DNA of 64,000 bases from Gammaproteobacteria bacterium (GTDB taxonomy: Bacteria; Pseudomonadota; Gammaproteobacteria; JABABF01): NCBI GenBank assembly GCA_965237805.1, contig OZ250153.1:1440001-1504000 (forward strand), in the 5' to 3' direction. The position numbers were made by a program, and so were the translations under genes. Positions 42,352 through 51,773 of this stretch are shown in pieces (the first letter of the stretch is position 1; the number at the start of each line of letters is the position of its first letter). The notes below the pieces were generated by a model, which was not told where the DNA came from, did not search any database, and saw only the letters and a program-made list of their open reading frames with translations.

Positions 42352-43149
42352 GTGGTCGAACTGGCCAAGAATTTCGTCGATTTTTGCTCCGATTTCCTGC
42401 TTCTGGGCCTGTCGCTTTGCGCTGTTGGTGGGCTGTTGCTGGCGTTGTGGAGCGCGGTGTCCCGCCGTTCATCGTGGCTGTTGGTGGTGGCTTGCTCGGC
42501 GCTGGCCTTGGGTGTGCTGGCAGTGGTCGGCGGCGCCGTTCCCCGCTTCGTCGCGCCAGCGGTGCATCGCTGGGAGGGGCGACATCCAGTTTTTGAGCGA
42601 CCGATGCATTGCGTTTCCTTGGATGCGGCGGGCGAGCGCCGGGTCGTGGTGCTCGGCTCTGCTACCGATGACGAGCCAGCGCGACCAGCGCTCTCCCAGC
42701 TCAGCCGACCGAGCCTTGCACGCTTGGCCGAGGGCGTAGCCATCTTCCGCAGCTGCGGTGCCGCGGCGATGTGGTTCACAGGGGATGCCTCTGCCCGGGT
42801 GTCGATGTTGGCGGCTGTGGCGCTGGGGGTGCCAGCAACGGTAGTGCACATCATGCCCGGTGGCGAGACCACGGCGACGGAGGCGGCGGTGTTGCGTCCT
42901 GTCTTGGGCGACGAGCCCTTTGTGCTGGTCAGCTCGGCGCTGCATATGCCGCGAGCGATGGCGCTGTTTGAGGCGCGCGGCATGGTGCCGGTGGCGGCAC
43001 CCACCGACTTTCTTGGCTCGGCCACCCGGCCCCATCGTGCGCTATTGCCCAATGCCCGCAGCTACGAACTGTGGATGAAGTATCTGCACGAGCGCATCGG
43101 CCTGCTGTGGGCGCGACTCAACGGCGAGCTGGACTCAGCGCCTCAATGA
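42352..43149 (+). CDS. YdcF/ElyC (DUF218) envelope protein
   Basis: N-terminal transmembrane segments; VVVLG, RLAEG, T..EA, LVSSALHMPRA and HE.IG motifs. Confidence 0.85.
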   Translation: MVELAKNFVDFCSDFLLLGLSLCAVGGLLLALWSAVSRRSSWLLVVACSALALGVLAVVGGAVPRFVAPAVHRWEGRHPVFERPMHCVSLDAAGERRVVVLGSATDDEPARPALSQLSRPSLARLAEGVAIFRSCGAAAMWFTGDASARVSMLAAVALGVPATVVHIMPGGETTATEAAVLRPVLGDEPFVLVSSALHMPRAMALFEARGMVPVAAPTDFLGSATRPHRALLPNARSYELWMKYLHERIGLLWARLNGELDSAPQ

Positions 43150-43837
43150 GGCGGGGCAGCTCGCGCCAGTGGCGTATTTCCCCATCCGGGCGCGGTGTGC
43201 CAAAGCGCCATGCCATGCCGTCGAAATTGGCCCAGATGGCATGGCATCCAGCCTGCAGAGCCCCCTGTATATCGTCCTCTGGGCTGTCGCCGATATGGAC
43301 GATCTGGTGGGCCTCAAGGCCAGCGCGGCGGCGCACGGCCTCGAAGGCGGTGCGATGCGGCTTGCCGTGTGGCAGTTCCTCGGCACGCAATGCAAAATCG
43401 AAATGGCGCGAGCAGGGCAGACGCCACAGCTCGGCGTTGCCATTGCTCAGTGCGGCCAGCCTATAGTGTCGAGCCAACTGCTCCAGCACCGGTTCTGCAC
43501 CGTCGTAGAGTCTGAGCTGGTGGCGCAGCTCAAGGAAGACGCCAAAGGCCGCCGCGGCTTCGAGACGACTCTGTTGTCGCGTGCGCCCGAAGTGGCGCAG
43601 CAATCGTCGCAACGACAGCTGCCGCAAGCGGCTGAGTTGGTGGCGCAGCTGCGGGCGGCACCGACTCAGGGCGATGCGTTGCTCGCGCAGGCTGGCGCTG
43701 TCCAGTTCCTCGGCGTGTTCTGGGAAACGCTCGCGCAACCATTGCGACAATCGCTCATCGGCGCAGCGCAGGGTATGCTCTGTCTCCCACAGCGTGTTGT
43801 CGAGATCAAGGCAGATGAGGTGCAGCTGCTCGCTCAC
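43118..43837 (-). CDS. HAD-superfamily hydrolase (YigB-like)
   Basis: DLDNTLW, SNGN, KP and HIGD..DDI.GA motifs; after xerC. Confidence 0.92.
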   Translation of the reverse strand: MSEQLHLICLDLDNTLWETEHTLRCADERLSQWLRERFPEHAEELDSASLREQRIALSRCRPQLRHQLSRLRQLSLRRLLRHFGRTRQQSRLEAAAAFGVFLELRHQLRLYDGAEPVLEQLARHYRLAALSNGNAELWRLPCSRHFDFALRAEELPHGKPHRTAFEAVRRRAGLEAHQIVHIGDSPEDDIQGALQAGCHAIWANFDGMAWRFGTPRPDGEIRHWRELPRLIEALSPARR

Positions 43838-43839
43838 CG

Positions 43840-44739
43840 CTACCGCTTGCGTTGTGCTCTAGGGTGCGCGGCATCGTAGACCCGCGCTAAGTGGTCGAAG
43901 TCCAAGTGGGTATAGATCTGTGTGGTGGAGATGTTGGCATGGCCGAGCAATTCCTGCACGGCGCGCAGATCGCCGCTGGATTCCAGCAGGTGGCTGGCAA
44001 AAGAATGGCGCAGGGTATGTGGGTGTATACCCTGCGGTAGTTGCCGTTGCCGCCCGCGCAAGGCGCAGCGTTGCTGAATGGCGCGTGCGCTGATGCGCCT
44101 GCCGAGACGGCTCAGGAACAGCGCTTGGGATGACTCGCCAGCGCGCAGCTGAGCGCGTTGGGCAAGCCACAAGCGTAGCGCTGCGATGGCGGTGCCGCCG
44201 ATCGGTGTCAGCCGCACCTTGCCTCCCTTACCCTGCACCCGGGCCAAGCGTTGCGACATGTCCAGATCGTCTAAGTTCAGCGCCCTCAGCTCGGCGAGGC
44301 GCAGACCGCTGGAATACATCGTCTCCAGCATCGCCTGATCGCGCACTTCCAGCCAGCTGGCACCCTCGCCGCCGCCGCGCAACAGCTGCCCGACCTGCTC
44401 TCGGCTCAGCGCATCGGGCAGGCGCTTGATGGACTGCGGCGCACGGATGCCAGCGGTGGGATCTCGCTCAAAGTCCTCGTGGCGGATCAGGTAGCGGAAC
44501 ATCGAACGCAGTGCCGACAGGCTGCGTTGGATGCTGCGTCCAGAGCGGCCTTGGCGATGCATGGTCGCAGCAAAATCGCGCACCAAGATGGTGTCCACTT
44601 GCTCAATTTCGCGCACCCCCCGCTGTGCGCAGTGCTGGCGGAAGCATGCGAGATCGTGTTGGTAGGTGGTGCAGGTGGCCACCGCCAGTCGGCGGATATT
44701 GCGTATGTGGGCCAGAAAAGCCGCTATTGCCTGCTCCAT
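43840..44739 (-). CDS. xerC: Tyrosine recombinase XerC
   Basis: SGLRLAEL, GKG.K.R, HPHTLRHSFASH and LLGH...TTQIYTH motifs; dapF-DUF484-xerC-yigB context. Confidence 0.95.
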   Translation of the reverse strand: MEQAIAAFLAHIRNIRRLAVATCTTYQHDLACFRQHCAQRGVREIEQVDTILVRDFAATMHRQGRSGRSIQRSLSALRSMFRYLIRHEDFERDPTAGIRAPQSIKRLPDALSREQVGQLLRGGGEGASWLEVRDQAMLETMYSSGLRLAELRALNLDDLDMSQRLARVQGKGGKVRLTPIGGTAIAALRLWLAQRAQLRAGESSQALFLSRLGRRISARAIQQRCALRGRQRQLPQGIHPHTLRHSFASHLLESSGDLRAVQELLGHANISTTQIYTHLDFDHLARVYDAAHPRAQRKR

Positions 44740-44746
44740 TGCAGTC

Positions 44747-45469
44747 CTAGCGCTGCCGGGTGGGCAATAGGCGCCCGATAATTTCGCCCAGATAGGATAG
44801 GAACAGAGTATCCATGCTGGATTGAAAACGCTCTGGATCCTCGCTACCCAGCGCCAGCACGCCGAGCAATTTATCGTCGTTTCCGCGCAATGGGGAGATG
44901 GCGACCGAACTGATCTGACGATTGGCCGGGAAGAGAAACTCCAGTGCTGGCTCGCTCAGGTTGCCGCACAGCGCCCGCTGTTCTTCGAATAGCTGGGGCA
45001 GAGTGGCGCGCGCTTGCTGTTCTGGTGCCACGCGCAATACAGTTTCCTCCCCTTCGGAGGCCTCGAATAGCAACAGGCTACAGGTGTCCACGCGCAATTC
45101 CTCGCGGCAGCGATCGTGCATTTGGCGATTGAACTCGTCGAGATCGGTTGCTTCGATCAGTGCCAAGGCGATGTGGCGCACACTTTGGAATAGCGCCTCG
45201 TTGGCCTCTGCATTGGCTGTCAATTCTTCCAAGCGGCGGCGCAGGGTAGCGTTGCCCTGCTGCATCGCTTCGATGCGGCGGTCGGCCAGCTGCACCACTT
45301 GGCCGGAGTCGCTGCCCTTAGCTTTGGGCTCCACCAACTGCAGCTCGTCGAGTAGCTCAGGGTGGCGCAGCAGGAAATCGGGTTGGCGGCGCAGGTAGCC
45401 TGCGACCTGAGCTGCGTCCAATGGTGGTGGGGAGCCTTGTGTGGCGGTGTCAGCGCTGGACATGGTCAT
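44747..45469 (-). CDS. DUF484 (YigA) family protein
   Basis: YL...PDF..RHPELL and LGS.D..RF...MDTLFL.Y motifs; between dapF and xerC. Confidence 0.9.
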   Translation of the reverse strand: MTMSSADTATQGSPPPLDAAQVAGYLRRQPDFLLRHPELLDELQLVEPKAKGSDSGQVVQLADRRIEAMQQGNATLRRRLEELTANAEANEALFQSVRHIALALIEATDLDEFNRQMHDRCREELRVDTCSLLLFEASEGEETVLRVAPEQQARATLPQLFEEQRALCGNLSEPALEFLFPANRQISSVAISPLRGNDDKLLGVLALGSEDPERFQSSMDTLFLSYLGEIIGRLLPTRQR

Positions 45470-45497
45470 CAGTCTCCTAGTGCGACGCGGTATTTGA

Positions 45498-46334
45498 TCA
45501 GTAGTGGTGGATGAAATGGCCGTGCATCTGGGTGGCACCAGTCAGCGCCACGGCATCAGTTGTCCCATCGGGCCATTCGACCCGTACATCGCCGCCCGGC
45601 ATCGAGACCTGTGTCACCGCATCAATCAGGCCGCGCTGTTTGGCGGCGATGACGGCGGCGGCAGCGGCGCTGCCGCAGGCTTTGGTCGCGCCGGCTCCGC
45701 GTTCGTAGATCCACAGCGCGATGTGTCCCCGGTCGTGAATCTGCGCCAAGCCGACATTGACCCCGTCCGGAAAGTCTGGGTGGTGCTGCATGGCGTCACC
45801 AAGTTGCGCCGCGGTCTGTGCTGCGTCGGTCGGCTGGTCTGCCAGCTCATCGACAAAGATGACGGCGTGGGGGTTGCCGAGGGAGACGGGGTGGAAAGGC
45901 GGGTACTCAGCGCTGCCCTTGTGTGCTGCGTTAGCGGGATGTGGCGGTACCGGTAGCTGAGTGCGGACTTGGCCATCAGCCAACAGCTGGCCGCGGAAGT
46001 CGCCAGCGAGGTTGTTCACTGTCAACTGAGGACCGGGTGTCAATTCCTGCTCGATGGCGAAGCGGGTGATGCAGCGTGCGCCATTGCCACACTGCTCCAC
46101 CTCGCCGCCGTCGACATTGAATATGCGCAATGAAAAATCGACGCTCTCCGAGGCTGGTGGCAGCAACAGCAATGCTTGGTCGAAATCGCGCTCGGCGCTA
46201 AGCGTGGCGAAAAACTGCCCCAGCTGAGCTGCTTCGACATCAAGCTGTTGGGTGACTGCATCGACAACGATAAAAGTGTTGCCGGTTCCGTCCATCTCGG
46301 TGCAACGCAGTTCGCGCCGCTGTGGTGTTGCCAT
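45498..46334 (-). CDS. dapF: Diaminopimelate epimerase
   Basis: G.GN.F, FN.DG.E.EQCGNGARC, GNPH and ERGAG.T.ACGS motifs. Confidence 0.95.
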   Translation of the reverse strand: MATPQRRELRCTEMDGTGNTFIVVDAVTQQLDVEAAQLGQFFATLSAERDFDQALLLLPPASESVDFSLRIFNVDGGEVEQCGNGARCITRFAIEQELTPGPQLTVNNLAGDFRGQLLADGQVRTQLPVPPHPANAAHKGSAEYPPFHPVSLGNPHAVIFVDELADQPTDAAQTAAQLGDAMQHHPDFPDGVNVGLAQIHDRGHIALWIYERGAGATKACGSAAAAAVIAAKQRGLIDAVTQVSMPGGDVRVEWPDGTTDAVALTGATQMHGHFIHHY

Positions 46335-46370
46335 GGTTGGTGCCGAGTCGACGATACAACGCTCCCGCGA

Positions 46371-47633
46371 TTATAGCGGCGGTGCGTCCAGTTCGCCCCG
46401 CATCAGATCGTCGTAAGTCTCTCTGGAGCGTGCCAAGTGGTGGTTGCGCCCAGCCACCATCAGCTCCGCTGCCCGCGGTCGGCTGTTGTAGTTGGAGGAC
46501 ATCGACGCGCAGTAGGCTCCCGCCATGCCGATGGAGATCAGCGCATTGGGGGTGAGTGCCAAGGGGCGGCGTTGACCGAGTACATCGACGCTCTCGCAGA
46601 TTGGACCGATCACGTCGATCGGGTCAGCTGCTCCGGCGGCTGCCTGTTCTATCGGGTCTATGGGGTGCCAGCTTTCGTACAGTGCCGGGCGCTGGAAATC
46701 GTTCATGCCAGCATCCGCCACCGCCAGCTGCCGTCCGTCGGCAGTTCGCTTGCAATACAAGATACGGCTGATCAATACTCCGGCGGCGGCAGCGATAGAG
46801 CGCCCCGGTTCCACCACCAATTCCACGCCACTGCCCGCGATGCCTTGCCGCAGCGCCGAGCAGAGTGCCGCCGGTTCTGGTGCTGTGTCCTCGGGGTGAT
46901 AGTTGACGCCGAGCCCACCACCCAAATTGAGCACACGCACAGCGATGCCCTCGCCCCGTAGCGTTTCGCACAGTGCCAGCAACTGTTTGAGGGCCTCTCC
47001 CAGCGGCTCCAAACGCATCATCTGTGAGCCGATGTGGCAGCTGAAGCCGAGGAAGTCCAAATCTTCCAGCGCGATGGCGCGGCGCGCCGTGTCGAGTGCC
47101 TCCCCGACGGGGATGCCGAATTTGCTGTGCGCGAGGCCGGTGGTGATGTGCGGGTGCGTGTCAGCGTCAATGTGGGGGTTGAGACGCAATGCAACTCCGG
47201 CACGTTTTCCACAGAGTTTGCTCCGCACCGCCAGCAGTGCCAGTTCCTGCTCCGATTCGACATTGAAGCAAAAGATACCCGCCGCCAGTGCCTCGTCGAT
47301 TTCTGCTGTGTGTTTGCCGACCCCAGAGAATACGATGGTGTCGGCTCGACCACCGGCGCGCAGCACGCGGGCCAGCTCGCCGCCCGACACCACATCGAAG
47401 CCGCATCCCGCCTCGGCGAGGCAACGCAGCACGGCGAGATTGCTGTTTGCCTTGACTGAGTAGCAGATACGGTGTGGGATGTCGGCCAGCGCATTCTGGT
47501 AAGCTGCCAAGGCCGTGCGCAGGATGGCTGAGGAGTAAATATAGAGGGGGGTGCCGTAGCGGCGCACCAATTCCGTCACCGGCAGCTGCTCGGCGTGGAG
47601 TTGTCCGTTGCGGTAGTGAAAGCCGATGCTCAC
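46371..47633 (-). CDS. lysA: Diaminopimelate decarboxylase
   Basis: YSVKANS, HIGSQ, GGGLG, EPGR, GPICES and SSNYN motifs. Confidence 0.97.
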   Translation of the reverse strand: MSIGFHYRNGQLHAEQLPVTELVRRYGTPLYIYSSAILRTALAAYQNALADIPHRICYSVKANSNLAVLRCLAEAGCGFDVVSGGELARVLRAGGRADTIVFSGVGKHTAEIDEALAAGIFCFNVESEQELALLAVRSKLCGKRAGVALRLNPHIDADTHPHITTGLAHSKFGIPVGEALDTARRAIALEDLDFLGFSCHIGSQMMRLEPLGEALKQLLALCETLRGEGIAVRVLNLGGGLGVNYHPEDTAPEPAALCSALRQGIAGSGVELVVEPGRSIAAAAGVLISRILYCKRTADGRQLAVADAGMNDFQRPALYESWHPIDPIEQAAAGAADPIDVIGPICESVDVLGQRRPLALTPNALISIGMAGAYCASMSSNYNSRPRAAELMVAGRNHHLARSRETYDDLMRGELDAPPL

Positions 47634-47761
47634 CGGGCAGTGGACGGTGGCAATTCAAGTGGCCCTTTGAGCCCGCAGGCCGACAGTGCCGCCACGTTTG
47701 CTAGCAGCGCGGCGCACAGCAACAGTGCTGGCAGGCTGCAGCTTTTGCAGACTCTCGCCAC
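47630..47761 (-). CDS. lptM: Small lipoprotein LptM (YifL/LppL)
   Basis: LSACGLKGPLELP signature directly upstream of lysA. Confidence 0.85.
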   Translation of the reverse strand: MARVCKSCSLPALLLCAALLANVAALSACGLKGPLELPPSTAR

Positions 47762-47766
47762 GCCGC

Positions 47767-49038
47767 CTACTTGCTTCGCATCGATTTGAAGAATTCCTCG
47801 TTGTTTTGGCATTTGCGCAGACGTGAGATCAGGAACTCGAGGGCGGGCAGGTCTTCCATGTCGTGTAGCAGCTTGCGCAATATCCACACGCGCCGCAGGG
47901 CATCTTCTTCGATCAGCAATTCCTCGCGGCGGGTGCCGGAGCGGCGGATGTTGACCGCTGGGTAGACACGCTTCTCAGAGATCTTGCGATCCAAGTGCAA
48001 TTCCATATTGCCAGTGCCTTTGAATTCCTCGTAGATCACCTCGTCCATTTTGGAACCGGTGTCGATTAGCGCGGTGGCGATGATGGTCAGGCTGCCGCCG
48101 TTCTCGACATTGCGTGCGGCACCGAAAAAGCGCTTCGGTCGCTCCAGTGCGTGGGCGTCGATGCCGCCGCTCAGCATCTTGCTGGACGAAGGAACGACGG
48201 TGTTGTGGGCGCGTGCTAGACGGGTGATGGAGTCGAGCAACACCACCACATCACCGCCTTCTTCGGTCAGACGCTTGGCCTTTTCGTTGACCATTTGGGC
48301 CACTTGGACATGGCGTGTCGGCGGTTCGTCGAAGGTGCTGGCCACGACTTCGGCTTTGCGCACTGTGCGCCGCATGTCGGTGACTTCCTCAGGTCGTTCG
48401 TCGATCAGCAACACGATGACATAGCACTCGGGGTTGTTGCGGATGATCGATTGGGCGATGTGCTGTAGCACATAGGTTTTCCCGGCCTTGGGCGGCGATA
48501 CGATCAGGCCGCGCTGCCCTTTGCCGATCGGGGCGGCCAAATCGATGATGCGTCCCGGCAAATCTTCGGTGGCACCATTGCCGACCTCTAGTTTGAGATG
48601 CTCGGAGGGGAATAACGGTATCAGATTCTCGAAGGGGATTTTGTGTTGTCGTTTCTTGTCCTGTTTGTCCTTGAAATTGACCTGCTCGATTGAGACCACT
48701 GAGAAGAAGCGTTCCCCAGATTTGGGAGGTCGGACTTTGCAGGAGACGAAATCGCCAGTGCGGATGCCGAAGCGGCGGATTTGATTTGGTGACACATAGA
48801 TGTCGTTTGGCCCGGCGACATAGGATTCGGTCGCTGAGCGCAGGAAGCCGAAGCCGTCCTGCATGATTTCGAGCACCCCCTCGCCATTGATATCTTCGCC
48901 CTGCTCGGCTCGGCTCTTCAGCACTTCAAAGATGATATCTTGGCGGCGCAGTTGCTGATTGTCCTCGTTGATGCCAGCAGCTTCGGCGATGTCCATCAGC
49001 TCTGGCATGGATTTCTGTTTGAGTTCCGATAGGTGCAT
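47767..49038 (-). CDS. rho: Transcription termination factor Rho
   Basis: [30 protein letters not shown] and [11 protein letters not shown] motifs. Confidence 0.98.
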   Translation of the reverse strand: MHLSELKQKSMPELMDIAEAAGINEDNQQLRRQDIIFEVLKSRAEQGEDINGEGVLEIMQDGFGFLRSATESYVAGPNDIYVSPNQIRRFGIRTGDFVSCKVRPPKSGERFFSVVSIEQVNFKDKQDKKRQHKIPFENLIPLFPSEHLKLEVGNGATEDLPGRIIDLAAPIGKGQRGLIVSPPKAGKTYVLQHIAQSIIRNNPECYVIVLLIDERPEEVTDMRRTVRKAEVVASTFDEPPTRHVQVAQMVNEKAKRLTEEGGDVVVLLDSITRLARAHNTVVPSSSKMLSGGIDAHALERPKRFFGAARNVENGGSLTIIATALIDTGSKMDEVIYEEFKGTGNMELHLDRKISEKRVYPAVNIRRSGTRREELLIEEDALRRVWILRKLLHDMEDLPALEFLISRLRKCQNNEEFFKSMRSK

Positions 49039-49199
49039 AGTGGGATTGCTTGGTCGGTTGTGAGTGGATGGCAGGGTATGCTGCTGTGTTGGTCGATAGC
49101 TTGCGCGTGGCTGGGGCGCGGTGATCAATGATCGGCAAAGGCGGGAGCCGAGGAGCCGGTGCTTCGCTGTCTGCTACTCGGTCTGTCTTTAGCGGGGGT
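49039..49199 (-). promoter_or_regulatory. C-rich trxA-rho leader (possible rut site for Rho autoregulation)
   Basis: About 160 nt that is C-rich and G-poor on the coding strand. Rho autoregulation through its leader is known in E. coli. Confidence 0.35.
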
Positions 49200-49544
49200 T
49201 CAGGGGCGTTGTAGCGCCTCGTCGATGAATTGGCTGAGGTCGGTTCGTGACAGGGTTCCGGAACGCGCATCCAACACCTTGCCCCCCCGGAACAAGATCA
49301 GCGTCGGTATGCCACGCACACCATAGAGTGCTGGGGTCTGCGGGTTACCGTCTACTTCCATTTTGCACACTTCGATTTTACCAGCATAATCTCGCGCCAC
49401 TTCCTCGACAATCGGTGCCACCATCAGGCACGGGCGGCACCACGGTGCCCAAAAGTCGACCAATACCGGTTGCTCGGATTGCAACACGGTCTGCGCGAAG
49501 TCGTTGTCGCTCACTTCTGCCATGGTCGCCACATTGTCATTCAT
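49200..49544 (-). CDS. trxA: Thioredoxin (WCRPC active site)
   Basis: VLVDFWAPWCRPC and YGVRGIPTL motifs; upstream of rho. Confidence 0.95.
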   Translation of the reverse strand: MNDNVATMAEVSDNDFAQTVLQSEQPVLVDFWAPWCRPCLMVAPIVEEVARDYAGKIEVCKMEVDGNPQTPALYGVRGIPTLILFRGGKVLDARSGTLSRTDLSQFIDEALQRP

Positions 49545-49817
49545 TTGCTGATTTGATCCCCTGATTCATGAGCTGCATCGCCGTCGATGGGTGCGTCGTT
49601 TGCGCTGTGCCCATCGGGCTTCCCAGTGCTGGGTGTGACCCGGCTAAAGCCGATCCAACGTGCCATCAAAATCGGCGCGGGCAACATTTGACTTGAGTAC
49701 AAGCTCTGCACTATAGCAGCTCCGCTACCGCTGTGCAAGCAGTGCTGGTGGCATCCTGCTAGGGCGGGGCCAGCACGTTGGGGTTAAACTGCCACTTCAA
49801 ATCGGCGCTAGGAGGGG

Positions 49818-50483
49818 ATGGTGATGCGGGTCGCGGTCGTGTTATCAGGTTGCGGCGTCTACGATGGCGCCGAAATCCACGAGAGTGTGTTCACACTTTT
49901 GGCGCTTTCGCAGCGTGGCGCAGAGGCGGTGTGCTTGGCACCAGATATCCCCCAGCAGGTGGTCATCGACCACTTGTCGGCTGAGGAGCAAGCGGGGGAG
50001 CAACGCAATGTGCTGGTCGAGGCGGCGCGCATCGCCCGCGGTGCGGTAGGCGATCTCGCCACTTCCGAGCCGGGCGATTTTGATGCTGCCATCCTCCCGG
50101 GGGGGTTTGGTGTGGCGCGCAATCTCAGCGACTATATTTCGGCTGGCAGCAACTGCCGGATGTTGGCTCAGCTGGAGGCTTGGCTGGGGAGTTTTCGCGA
50201 TGCGCGGCGACCGGTGGGCCTGTTGTGTATCGCGCCGGTATTGGCTGCGCGCATCTACGGTGCCGGGGTGCGTTGCACCATCGGCGACGATGTTGGCACG
50301 GCGGTGGATTTGGAGACGATGGGTGCGCGCCATCAAGACTGCACCGTGGCCGAGCGCTGCGTCGATACCGGGCACCGTTTGGTCACATCGCCCGCCTATA
50401 TGCTCGGGCAGAGTCCTGCCGAGGTGTGGCAGAGCGTGGACGGCTTGGTGGCCGATGTGCTGGCCTTGGCCGGCGAGTCCTGA
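49818..50483 (+). CDS. elbB: ElbB (ES1/DJ-1-like) glyoxalase
   Basis: LSGCGVYDG.EIHE, RNVLVEAARIARG, PGGFG, CIAP and TSPAYM motifs. Confidence 0.95.
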   Translation: MVMRVAVVLSGCGVYDGAEIHESVFTLLALSQRGAEAVCLAPDIPQQVVIDHLSAEEQAGEQRNVLVEAARIARGAVGDLATSEPGDFDAAILPGGFGVARNLSDYISAGSNCRMLAQLEAWLGSFRDARRPVGLLCIAPVLAARIYGAGVRCTIGDDVGTAVDLETMGARHQDCTVAERCVDTGHRLVTSPAYMLGQSPAEVWQSVDGLVADVLALAGES

Positions 50484-50521
50484 ATACGGCTGGCTGGCAT
50501 CATCGCCGAGGCAACGCTCAA

Positions 50522-51324
50522 GTGCCCGTTTTCCGCCACACCGAGCGTCCCTGCTTGGTGCTGAACAGCCTCAAGGTCATGTACTCGACTTTGTGCGCTG
50601 TGCCGCAGCTGCGCCACTGCTTGTTACGCGATGCCTTGTTGGGGGCCTTGCTGGCTCGGCCCCGCCTCGAGGCGTATTGGGTGGTGCGCGACCCTTATCA
50701 GCGCCTGCAGTCCTGCTTCCGCGACAAATTCCACAATTGCCCCCCCCCCAAGTGGAGGGCGAGCGCAAGTCATACGCGCTGCAGATGGATCTGCTGTCCA
50801 TACGGGAGCACGGCCATATGGGGAGATTTGATCTGATGCCCTTGGATGCGCTGTGGCGGCGGTGCCGCGAACTGGAATTTGAGGATTTCATCACCCTATT
50901 GCCAGAGTATTACCACATCAACCGGCATTTTTGGCCGCAGCACTGGGAGGCGCATCCAGCGCTGTTCTACAGGCAGTGGTGTCGTCTCGCTGCGCTGCAG
51001 GCTCCTCGGTCGTGGCGCCGACTAGGGCGATTGCTTGTTGCGCTGGCATATCCGGATCGCTTCCCGCGCGTGGAACTGCGCGTCCTGCGGATGGAAAATG
51101 CCGGTGACATCGCGTTGTTGGGGCGTGCCATCGGCTACGATTTGGCATCCCTCAAGCTATGCAGCACCGCCCATTTGCAGGTAGACACCCGCTACAGCCG
51201 CCGGACGCTGGCGATTGTCAATGAGCTGTACCGCGAGGATTTCCGTCGCTTAGGCTACGCGATGTACAGCGAGCCAGCGCAGTTGGCGGCTGCAGAAAAG
51301 GCGGCGAGCACCGTCGCAGTCTAG
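50522..51324 (+). pseudogene. Sulfotransferase family 2 protein split by a frameshift in a C10 tract
   Basis: One frame holds KVMYSTL and VVRDPYQRLQSCFRDKF (PAPS motifs). After C10 (50740-50749) another frame holds F..FI, NRHFWPQ and LYREDF..LGY. Confidence 0.75.
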
Positions 51325-51773
51325 CTGGTGCTGTCTGTCGTACCTGCGTCGCCGCTTGTGGCGGCGGCCTCTGTCGCCGCTAGCTCTACCGCCAAGTAGG
51401 CGCGCTTGGCCGCCCGTCCGTTGCGTTCGGCGAACCAGTCGCCGAGGCGCATCTGCCAGCCATATTTGTCTCGCAGCGCGGTGTGTGCCAGCTCTCTGTC
51501 TGCCGGGTCTGTCAAGATGCGTGCCGTCGCTGGCAACCACGGACCGCGTAGCTTCCCCCACGCATTGCAGCTGGCAACCCGCGAGCGCGAGGAGTTGCGC
51601 AGGCGCTTGACCTTGCCAGCATTGCCAGCACTGAAGAGATACAAACTGCCGTTGCATTCGGCAAACCACACCGGTGTGTCGACCGCCACCCCGCTTTTGC
51701 GGTAGCTGCTGAAGTTGATGAAGCGGCTGTCGCGCGGCAGCTGCAAAGTCATCGCGGCATCAGATGAAGACAT
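51321..51773 (-). CDS. PPOX-class (F420/flavin-binding split-barrel, Rv2061-like) oxidoreductase
   Basis: FSSYRKSG..V.TPVWFA, AGKVKRLRN, C.AWG and AL..KYGW motifs. Confidence 0.85.
   Translation of the reverse strand: MSSSDAAMTLQLPRDSRFINFSSYRKSGVAVDTPVWFAECNGSLYLFSAGNAGKVKRLRNSSRSRVASCNAWGKLRGPWLPATARILTDPADRELAHTALRDKYGWQMRLGDWFAERNGRAAKRAYLAVELAATEAAATSGDAGTTDSTS

Noticed and set aside
43840-44739. Tyrosine recombinase as a phage or island integrase
   Set aside because: It sits in the conserved dapF-DUF484-xerC-yigB operon with host-like composition, so it is housekeeping XerC.
50080-51324. 414-aa ORF taken as one real protein
   Set aside because: Its N-terminal half is an off-frame reading of elbB and the sulfotransferase 5' part. 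Only the part after C10 is coding.
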